From the IMG/VR virus record IMGVR_UViG_3300035188_001379, positions 96,001 through 160,000 of that record: a stretch of 64,000 nt of DNA; one strand, 5' to 3'. The first letter of the stretch is position 1. Every line of letters begins with the position of its first letter. Origin of the DNA: a virus. The position numbers were made by a program, and so were the translations under genes. The notes under the pieces were generated by a model. That model was given only the letters and a program-made list of their open reading frames with translations. It did not search any database and was not told where the DNA came from. Positions 28,546-36,700 of this stretch are shown in pieces.

Positions 28546-28597
28546 TCTTGGGTACCCCCCCGGTATATCTCAAGCATCTTGAGGTATATTATTATAG

Positions 28598-28933
28598 ATG
28601 AGAGCAACTAGCCCATCAATATACAAGCCTGTCAGTCAGGCAACCAGCAGAGTTGAATCTGCTTTGCGGGTCGAAGTAACACTTCAAGCAGGCATAGTCA
28701 CGCAAGTGGTTGTTGCCTCGCAAGATTTTCCTGTAGGGCCAGACGACCTCTGGTTTGAGGAAAACATTTCATTGAAAAATGCGGTATTCAATGAATCTCT
28801 CTTGGTAAGTCGTATCAGTACCGAACAGTATAGAAAGCTCATACGCTTGGTATACAGCTCGGACGAGATATTGTATGGCGACGGACCAACAGTGAACAGA
28901 GAGAACACTGAAGTAACCTTGGAGGTCTTCTAG
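28598..28933 (+). CDS. hypothetical protein, possibly leaderless
   Basis: GAGGTATATT 7 nt upstream of the ATG; single-gene cassette. Confidence 0.6.
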   Translation: MRATSPSIYKPVSQATSRVESALRVEVTLQAGIVTQVVVASQDFPVGPDDLWFEENISLKNAVFNESLLVSRISTEQYRKLIRLVYSSDEILYGDGPTVNRENTEVTLEVF

Positions 28934-28939
28934 ACCTGA

Positions 28940-28978
28940 GCGCGCTCCCTTTGAGGGAGGTAAGCCGCTTTTTTTAGC
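28940..28978 (+). terminator. hairpin + T-tract-AGC
   Basis: CTCCCT-TTG-AGGGAG core with GCG flanks, T7, AGC. Confidence 0.6.
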
Positions 28979-29028
28979 ATATACCCCCACCCCTCTCCCC
29001 TACCCCCCTCCCTAAAACCTAGATACTC

Positions 29029-29037
29029 TGGTATAAT
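29029..29037 (+). promoter_or_regulatory. extended -10 promoter
   Basis: TGGTATAAT, 6 nt before the ATG at 29044. Confidence 0.7.
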
Positions 29038-29043
29038 ACCTTG

Positions 29044-29211
29044 ATGAAAACACTAGCACTCAGCTTAGTTTTGTTGGTCACCGTAAACGCACAGGCTCTT
29101 GTGACTACCTGGGACTTTCTGTATTATGCAGAAACTGATCCTTGGGAATTGCAGGAAGAACTTGTGGAAGAAACACCGGTAGTTACTACCAGCGGTTCTT
29201 TCAATAGCTAA
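29044..29211 (+). CDS. 55-aa secreted peptide (not in ORF track)
   Basis: Own translation MKTLALSLVLLVTVNAQA-LVTTWDFLYYAETDPWELQEELVEETPVVTTSGSFNS; signal peptide with A-Q-A cleavage site. Confidence 0.6.
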   Translation: MKTLALSLVLLVTVNAQALVTTWDFLYYAETDPWELQEELVEETPVVTTSGSFNS

Positions 29212-29231
29212 CCATTCAACCACCCATACAC

Positions 29232-29471
29232 ATGAGATCAAAAGAAATCGAAACACTTCACAGAATTAACGACGTGCTTCAGTTGCTGTTTGAAAAGATC
29301 AGCAACAACAGCACAAACCCTTTCGAGATTCTGGACGCACTTGATGAAACAATCGAACTTGTTCAAGAAATCGCTGAGATTATTCCTCACGACAGTTTCT
29401 ACAGACGAGTTCCAGAAGAGCATCTTGTGGGTTTGAAGAAACTTCGAGATGAGGTAGTTTCTGGGCTGTGA
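29232..29471 (+). CDS. small helical protein (paralog of 30443..30679)
   Basis: MRSKE...NPFEILDALDETIEL. Confidence 0.65.
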   Translation: MRSKEIETLHRINDVLQLLFEKISNNSTNPFEILDALDETIELVQEIAEIIPHDSFYRRVPEEHLVGLKKLRDEVVSGL

Positions 29472-29485
29472 ATTGCTGCACAGCC

Positions 29486-29527
29486 AAACCCCACCCCAAT
29501 CTGGGGGTGGGCGGATCTTTTTTTAGC
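29486..29527 (+). terminator. GC-rich hairpin + GGATC-T7-AGC (near copy at 30917)
   Basis: AAACCCCACCCCAATCTGGGGGTGGGCGGATCTTTTTTTAGC. Confidence 0.75.
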
Positions 29528-29559
29528 TAGCAGCCCTTTTAAAAAAACATACATATTTG

Positions 29560-29568
29560 TGGTATAAT
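29560..29568 (+). promoter_or_regulatory. extended -10 promoter driving the ncRNA candidate
   Basis: TGGTATAAT. Confidence 0.7.
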
Positions 29569-29574
29569 ATTTTG

Positions 29575-30035
29575 AATAGAAATTTATAGCATATAGCTAT
29601 AGGCTACTGTTCCAAGCATGCTAAGAAAGTATGCAGTGAGTCACGACTAAACAGGGCTAACTATGCTGAGAATAGTATAAGGTTCGATCTGCCAAAGAGG
29701 TCCGAAGTATGCTATGATAGTATACAGCCTTGGGATACAGGCCAAAGTCGAATAACACATATCCCCAAAAGCATGCTATGTAAGTATGCAGTACGGTTCA
29801 CCGCTAAACGGGAGCAGTCTAGGAGTAAAGACTCAGCAGTGTATATTCGCAATTTAGAATATACAAAACTGCTACTCACTGCGCTATACAGCGAAAATAG
29901 CCCGATCGCTTGGAGAGGCGGAATGGCGTGGCACACACGTCTAAATACAAGTGTGTAGACTAGTGGACAGTCTGGAGTCCGTCCACTGACGAAGCAGGCT
30001 CTCGTCATGTCATATATAACAAATAGTTATATATG
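29575..30035 (+). ncRNA. large structured non-coding RNA candidate
   Basis: About 460 nt without a credible ORF in an otherwise gene-dense genome; own promoter; many hairpins, a thrice-repeated hairpin motif and three long-range helices. Confidence 0.6.
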
Positions 30036-30446
30036 ATAAAACCTGCAGCTTTTCATATGAAACCCATGAAACAGGAGAGAGTCAGAGTAGTACTTCCTTA
30101 CCTAGAAGGCTATCTTCTAGAAAGGTTAAGCAACCCAAGATGGCCTATGAACATGGGTAAAACCAGACATGTAGGCGGAGGAATAGAGAACAATGAAACC
30201 CCAGAACAGGCAGCAAGCAGAGAGCTGTTTGAGGAGCTCGGAGTAACTATACCTCCAGCTTCTTTTGAGAAACTTGGTTCCCACGAGAATCAACACTATT
30301 TGATCGTGAAAGATCATGGTCTTGTTCCTGGTGTGTATAAAGCATCTGTAGGCTCAGATGAGTATATACATCTTGTAGCAGGAGATCTCAAGGAAGCTCA
30401 GTATATCGGCCCTAGACTAGAAACCCTAACCCAACCCACACAATGA
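30033..30446 (+). CDS. Nudix hydrolase
   Basis: GGGIENNETPEQAASRELFEELG = Nudix box. Confidence 0.9.
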   Translation: MIKPAAFHMKPMKQERVRVVLPYLEGYLLERLSNPRWPMNMGKTRHVGGGIENNETPEQAASRELFEELGVTIPPASFEKLGSHENQHYLIVKDHGLVPGVYKASVGSDEYIHLVAGDLKEAQYIGPRLETLTQPTQ

Positions 30447-30679
30447 GAACTAAAGAAGAACTCACGTATCTTATTGAGCTGATGAAAATCACTTTTAAGA
30501 TAATAGAATCGACTGAGTCACACAACCCATTCGACGTTATCGACAATGTTGACAGAGCGCTAGAGCTTTTCGAGGAGTTGATCAGCGTAGCTGTGGACCC
30601 GCAGTTTAAGTCTGAAGCTGAAGAAAAACGAGATAGCCTGGTGAATTTTCGGCAATTCGTTCTTGATAACGCAAACTAA
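30443..30679 (+). CDS. small helical protein (paralog of 29232..29471)
   Basis: MRTKE...NPFDVIDNVDRALEL. Confidence 0.65.
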   Translation: MRTKEELTYLIELMKITFKIIESTESHNPFDVIDNVDRALELFEELISVAVDPQFKSEAEEKRDSLVNFRQFVLDNAN

Positions 30680-30700
30680 TCTTCAACCCAACCAACAAAC

Positions 30701-30904
30701 ATGACAGCCACAAAAGAGCAGCAAAGGCTCCTAGACTTCTTGTGCGAGAAATATGATCTTGCCGAGAAAGCTGGAAATCAGATCAAGCAGCTAGAGATGA
30801 TAGACCGTATCATTCTGTTTGATGAAGACCATCCTGGAATCATCTCTAAGGAGAAGCTTGAGAAAATTAAACAGATTGGTGAAGAGATACTAAAAAACCT
30901 CTAG
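30701..30904 (+). CDS. hypothetical protein
   Basis: ORF track; precedes the terminator. Confidence 0.55.
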   Translation: MTATKEQQRLLDFLCEKYDLAEKAGNQIKQLEMIDRIILFDEDHPGIISKEKLEKIKQIGEEILKNL

Positions 30905-30916
30905 CCGCTCAGATGT

Positions 30917-30959
30917 AAACCCCGCCTCGATTCTGAGGTGGGTGGATCTTTTTTTTAGC
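30917..30959 (+). terminator. GC-rich hairpin + GGATC-T8-AGC (near copy of 29486)
   Basis: AAACCCCGCCTCGATTCTGAGGTGGGTGGATCTTTTTTTTAGC. Confidence 0.75.
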
Positions 30960-31129
30960 TGTTAGGTTTAATTCTTGTTGTATATAATTACTCTAGCTTT
31001 AAGTGCGAAACTATATCCTGTGTTTTTTTGAATAGTATTTTTATTTAAAACAAATCAGTTTAAATTTTGACGTACGTTTTACAAGCTATCCGAAAGTTTC
31101 CAGCTTAAATTATAAAGAAAAATAAAAAT

Positions 31130-31576
31130 ATGCCGGCAGAATCAAAAGCACAACAAAGACTAATGGGTATGGCGCTAGCAGCTAAAAGGGGTAAAGGAGA
31201 GTATAGCGATAAAGTAAAAGAGCTAGCTGATAGTATGAGTGAAAAGCAGCTTATGGAATACGCTAAAACTAAAATTTCAGACCTACCCGAAAAGAAAGCA
31301 TTCATTCTAGGTTTTGTAAAAAAAGCCGAGGAATATAGCATATCTAAAAGCAATGCTCTCGAATTGCTGAAAGAGGCTGCCCCTGCTCTCAGAGCGCTGC
31401 AAGAAGTATTAGGTAGTTCTGCAGGGAGAGCACTTATGGAGGGAGTCGCCGATCCAACTAGAGCGGCTCTAGCAAGAGGTAAAGTTTCAGGACAAGATCT
31501 TATGCTAAGACGCAGGCTAGCTGATACTGCTAAAAAACTAAGAAGAAAGTTTAACACAGACCATACGTCATTTTAA
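31130..31576 (+). CDS. DUF3008-like domain + GFVKxA module protein
   Basis: MPAESKAQQRLMGMALAAKRG...SMSEKQL (DUF3008-like, from memory), then AFILGFVKKAEEYSIS. Confidence 0.7.
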   Translation: MPAESKAQQRLMGMALAAKRGKGEYSDKVKELADSMSEKQLMEYAKTKISDLPEKKAFILGFVKKAEEYSISKSNALELLKEAAPALRALQEVLGSSAGRALMEGVADPTRAALARGKVSGQDLMLRRRLADTAKKLRRKFNTDHTSF

Positions 31577-31594
31577 TTATAGGCTAGCCTGCGC

Positions 31595-33703
31595 ATGAAC
31601 TACAACACACCTATTAGAGACGTTTCAAACCCTGTGATTAACGCAGGGCTTGAAGCTTTATTTGGCAAGAATCTTATTCCTTCAAGGCTTGAAGGAGAAG
31701 ACATGATAGACGCTCTTAATAGGCGAGATCGTACACTAGCTTTTAGAGAGAGTGCTGCAAACAATTTTGCAGATAATCCAATTGTTAGCCGCCTAGGTGA
31801 AAAAGGGTCTAAAGCCTTGGGTAAAATGGACGCACTCTCCGGGGGCAAGCTCAGCGGTTTCTTGAGTCCTATGCTTGGCGGTAACACATATAAGGCTACA
31901 GAAAATGTGCATAACATGCTGCACAATCCTGCAGCTATGAGTGCTTTTGGTGGAGGAAATCACAATTCCGAGAATATTATGAAGGCATTACACAAGAACT
32001 TCTATAAGCATGCCGAGAATGCTTCTTTAGCGGGTAGCTATATTAATCAGAACATAGGAGAGCTACCAACCATCAAAGAACCGGAGAGTATTTCTTTTAC
32101 ACCTGTAGACAATGGTAAGAAAGTAGGGATGGGCTCAGGCTCTAGCACTTTTGCTGGAAAAACACCAGTACAACATGCTGAGCACTATCCTAGTCGCAGT
32201 GCAGATAAAGCTATCCCAAGAAAGTCTGGTAAAGCCACAATCTCAAAAATACCTATGGGACGTATGCCTGCAGCTATGAGTAAAATGGCTCTAGATGATA
32301 AGAGTGACACACACACCTATAGAATGGAAGGTAACGTGCAAGGAGTAGGTTTGCGTAAAGCTCTACATAAAATACTTGAGGAAAATAGACTCAATGGGCT
32401 TGCTGTGAACTATCCAGAAACAAACGAGGTATATGCTACCATACAAGGAAGGAAAAAGAGGATAGATCAGATTCTTGATGAGCTTAAGGCCCGTCTGGCG
32501 GTGAGAGAAAAAAAGCCTCTGGCTTACGGAACAGACTATAGCATCGAGCACGCTCCAGCCATGAAGGAAAGGATGCGTAGGGTTGTATTTACTCCAAAAG
32601 ATATAGAGGTGTTTGAGCAAAACAATCCTGAGCTCGATAAATTCAAAACAGTAGATCTAGAGAATAAACTCAAATATTTTGAAGACCGCTATAGGCTACA
32701 TAGAGACGCTCGAGGGAAGTTGAGAGGCAGTCTGCCCAATAAAGCCATAGACCAGTTGTTTAATGGTGCTCCTGTGTATCACAGACAGGTATTAGCGCGT
32801 AACGAGAATAACGAGAAAGCTGCGTTCTTTACAGGCTTTCTCAAAAGAGCTGCAGAACATGGCTTTAGCCGCGAGGACACTGTAAAGCTTGCTGCTACAT
32901 ATAAAGAAGCAGTGGCACTTTCAGGAATAGGGAAAGCTTTCGGCACAAAAATGATGCCAAAAATATTTAACATGGCTCGCGGAGCTTTTGGCAGTCTTCG
33001 TTCACTAGGTTCTAGTGTACCTGAGGGGCCTCTACACACTGAAAGAAATGCAGCGTTAGAAGCGGGAAACAAGTTTATTGAAAACTTCAAACCTGAAGGT
33101 TTTCGTATGTACGCAGGTCGAGTAAAAACACCTGAGAGTCTTGCTGGGCATGGAGGAGGGGTTACAAACGACTTGCTAGGTATTAGAATGAGGCCTAGCA
33201 AGGGAGGCTATACTCAGGAAAGCGCAGACAACCTTGTAAATCAATTAAGACAGGCAGGGGTAAATGTAAGTGGGCAGAAAAAACTTGTAAGACCTGGGTA
33301 TCACGGCTGGAACATAAAAGGAACATTGCCTCACGCTACTGGGGATGTACCTATCGAAGTGCAGATGACTCCGAGAAGAATGCAGGGCATATTTGCAGCG
33401 AACCATGCGTATGTATACAAGCCAGAAACATCTGGAGTCTCTCCAGCGGTATCAAAGGGCATCTATGACCCAGCATTAAACTATGTGACAAACGTGCTTT
33501 CACCGATGAGTAGCCCAGCCAAGAGAATAGGTTATGGTGCTGCCGGGGTAGGTGCGCTAGGTACAATGGGCGGTGTTGGCTATAACGCTGTAAAAGGACC
33601 AAATAACGCAGCGCAAAACAATGGAGAAGCCTTCAATAGTCAGGCTATATATGATAGAGTTCAGACTAGTCCCGCTAGCTATCTAGCTCAGCAAACAAGA
33701 TAA
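31595..33703 (+). CDS. modular protein: acylphosphatase-like + GFxKRA module + RelA/SpoT-like domain
   Basis: EGNVQGVGLR (acylphosphatase); GRVKTPESL, DLLGIR, GYHG, EVQM, H...YK (RelA_SpoT synthetase motifs). Confidence 0.75.
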   Translation: MNYNTPIRDVSNPVINAGLEALFGKNLIPSRLEGEDMIDALNRRDRTLAFRESAANNFADNPIVSRLGEKGSKALGKMDALSGGKLSGFLSPMLGGNTYKATENVHNMLHNPAAMSAFGGGNHNSENIMKALHKNFYKHAENASLAGSYINQNIGELPTIKEPESISFTPVDNGKKVGMGSGSSTFAGKTPVQHAEHYPSRSADKAIPRKSGKATISKIPMGRMPAAMSKMALDDKSDTHTYRMEGNVQGVGLRKALHKILEENRLNGLAVNYPETNEVYATIQGRKKRIDQILDELKARLAVREKKPLAYGTDYSIEHAPAMKERMRRVVFTPKDIEVFEQNNPELDKFKTVDLENKLKYFEDRYRLHRDARGKLRGSLPNKAIDQLFNGAPVYHRQVLARNENNEKAAFFTGFLKRAAEHGFSREDTVKLAATYKEAVALSGIGKAFGTKMMPKIFNMARGAFGSLRSLGSSVPEGPLHTERNAALEAGNKFIENFKPEGFRMYAGRVKTPESLAGHGGGVTNDLLGIRMRPSKGGYTQESADNLVNQLRQAGVNVSGQKKLVRPGYHGWNIKGTLPHATGDVPIEVQMTPRRMQGIFAANHAYVYKPETSGVSPAVSKGIYDPALNYVTNVLSPMSSPAKRIGYGAAGVGALGTMGGVGYNAVKGPNNAAQNNGEAFNSQAIYDRVQTSPASYLAQQTR

Positions 33704-33710
33704 TTTAAGC

Positions 33711-36700
33711 ATGAATAAAATTGGAGATAACGCAGAAGCCTCAGCACAACCGTTTGCAGGTAGAACTCAGCCGTTTGCTAATAGTGAGATATCTGCAGAA
33801 AGCGCAGCAATAAACACGAATAGGAGCATTCAGCCGGGTACAGGGGCCATAGCTGACTCTGCTCCTAGTGTTTCTTCTAGAAGTTTAAAAAAAACTCCAG
33901 GAGTTAACACTAATATCACAACTCCTCCGCCTAGAATTCCTGAAGCTCAACAAAAAGCCTCTCCTGCTGGCGCTGTGGGTGCCGCTGGAGGAGTTGTGTC
34001 TGCTTTTGGCAGACGAGGAGGTGTAATAGGTGCTGCAACTAATCTTGCTTCTGAAGATGTGCCTGGCGCTGTATCTAACGTAGCAAGAGCTGTGAGCCCA
34101 AAATTGAATGTATTTTCTAGAGCATTAGACGCAGGCAAAAAACTGATTAAAGGCAATCCTGTAGGTGCAGGACTTGAGATGGCAGGAGCTGTAGTGCCTG
34201 TTGTGCCTGATCTAATAAATACAGGAAAAGATTTCATAAATCAGATCGACGAGCAAGCAGAACAGAATAGGCAATTTAATAAGAGAAACAGAGAGGTGCG
34301 TGGAAGTCTAGAGGCGCGTAATACTGGGATAGCTGATGTGGACGGCAATATCTTTGTGAACACCAATGACGCTGTGCTTCTAGATAAATTAGGCTTTGAG
34401 GTTGCAGATTACGATCTGCTGGAGAAGACGAGCGAGGTGCTAGACCTATACTCGTATATCGAGAAAGTGGCAGAAGTTCCTAGAGAAGTAGCTAAGCTCA
34501 TAGACGAAGGCAAAGCGTTCAGTGCTGAGTATCTTAAGGAAATGGAGTATAACGTACCAAAAGGCTACGAAGTAAAAGGTGACCTATGTTGTCCTTCTGA
34601 GAAGACTGAAAAGGAGAAAAAGCGTCTCTCTGAGAAGACTGCTTCAATTCAAAAACAAGCTGTAAACTTTGGGCAGATAGCAAAGGCTATAGGTGCAGGT
34701 GTAAACAAAATTGCTCCAACTGTGGCAAATGCAGTGCACAGTGCTGCTCCTGCTGCTGCAAAACAAAAAGCAATTGTTAAGCAATTTCAAGACCCATCTA
34801 AAATAGGATTTAAAAGCGTATATCCTACCGAGCCAGTTATGCCTGCAGGCACAAATCCAAAAAAGTGGAGAGCAGATGTAGCTGAGGGGATGCAGCAACA
34901 CCAAACTCTAAGCAGAATAAGACAAGACTCTTCTGGACACCAAGCCGCTTTTAGTTTCAATGCTCCGAATTCGTCGGGGGTAGATGAATTGCATAATGTC
35001 TGGGTGCATCCTGAAATGATACATACAAATCAGCAAGGTAAAGGGCTTGCAGCTCATGACAGACAGCTTGTCAATGCACTCATTGAGAACACTCAAACGG
35101 GGCAGAAATGGGCACAGCCAATGTACAGGTCTACCGGCACGAATAGTGAGCATACAGTAGGACAGTGGCTACCAACCAGAGGATTTGGTGCACCTAGTGA
35201 AGACTGGGTTAACGCAGTAAAAACAAAAATAAATCCAGAATTTGAAATGCCTCAACCGGTACCTGGAGTTTTACCGCAATTTGTAGGACCCAGCAATCAA
35301 GGGCCAGGAGGATTAAAAGGGCCAGGTTGGCTTGGTAAATATCAATTTAATCCTAGCACACAACAGTGGATGGTGCATGACAAAACAGACGCAGGAGTTA
35401 ACGCTCTTATGCCTGTATATCAAAGATTGCGTGAAGCAATGGGAGAGTATATGGGAAATATTGGGCTAGCTAAGCAAGGATCTGAGAAGTCTGCTTCTGA
35501 AAGTAAGCCTGGGCTATGGGCAAATATTCATGCAAAGAGAAAGCGTGGAGAGAAAGCTGCTAAACCTGGAGATGAGGATTACCCAGATAAGAAGCAATGG
35601 GATAAATTGAGTAAAAAAGGAGAAGCCGATCCAGAACAGTCTATATTGATCTCAGGTCACAGTGGTGCAGGAAAGAGTACGCTCGCGAAAGAACTATCTA
35701 AATTACTAGATATGAATCTACGTAGGGTAGATGCACACAAAGGATTTAGTGACTATGTTAAAAAAGACCACGAACACTGGGAAAAGTCATTGTCTGCTGG
35801 AACAAAAGAGTACGAGAGGTTTAATAAAATTATAAATAACGCTAATAGACACGTGCTGAGAAATGCTCCAGAGGCTTCAATTATCGAAGGCACTCAACTA
35901 GGTCATCTTTCTCCAGAAGAACTCAGCAAGTTCAAGGCACACATTCTGGTAGGAGGTACTCCAGAACAGTCTATAATGCAAAGAATAGCTAGAAGCGCAA
36001 AAAAGAAAGGTGTCGAGTTCTCTCCAGAAGAAATTGAAGCTAGGAGAATAAAGGCAAAGAAAGTGGTAGACTTCTGGGAGCCTGGTATTGAAAAGTTCAG
36101 AAAGCTGCCAGGGACGCTGCAATATAATCACACAGAGCATGAGGTGGAGCCTTTGGTAGAACAACTGCGTGCACTAATGAGCAAGCAGGCAGCATCTGCA
36201 GCATGGCAGCGCAGTGAAGGCAAGAATCCTGAAGGTGGATTAAACGCTAAGGGCAGGGCTAGCTATAAGAAGCAAACAGGAGGCACCCTCAAAGCTCCAG
36301 TAACAGAGAGTAACCCGTCTGGTGAAAGGGCTAAGCGTCAGAATAGCTTCTGTAGTCGCATGTGTGGAATGAAGAGTAAGAACACGGGCAGCAAGGCTCA
36401 GAGCGATCCAGATAGCCGCATCAACAAATCGTTACGTAAGTGGAACTGTAAGTGTGGCGAAGATCACAGTTCATTGTTCGAGAAAATAGCCTGTAACTTT
36501 AAAGAAGCTAAGAGTAGGTGCTGGGAAGGCTATGAGCCTGTTCCTGGTAAAGATCCTTATAGTGAAGACAGTTGCAGACCTAAGGGCAAAAAGAAAAAGA
36601 TAGAAAAGAATGCCTCTACCGCTTGGAAAAAGAGACTTCGCACAGGTAAGCTGAGCGTCGATGGAGTTAACGCGATACTGCGAAGTAGTGGGCTGAGTTC

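Noticed and set aside
29614-29792. Mini CRISPR array from the three 24-nt repeats
   Set aside because: Copies are degenerate, gaps are unequal (67 and 40 nt) and themselves structured, and there is no cas gene in the window; better explained as repeated hairpins in one RNA
29633-29930. Group I intron (ATGCTGAG/CTCAGCA resembles the P/Q elements of P4)
   Set aside because: No canonical P7 (GACUA/UAGUC) or S element, and no interrupted gene or exon flanks; kept only as an unclassified structured RNA. Also lacks RNase P (GAGGAAAGUC) and tmRNA ends
29986-29992. Hammerhead ribozyme core (CTGACGA)
   Set aside because: No GAAA after a stem II and no properly placed NUH cleavage triplet
29712-30008. 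Short ORFs (98 aa -, 61 aa +) within the ncRNA candidate
   Set aside because: No recognisable motifs, poor fit to neighbouring gene organisation, and base-pairing explains the sequence better
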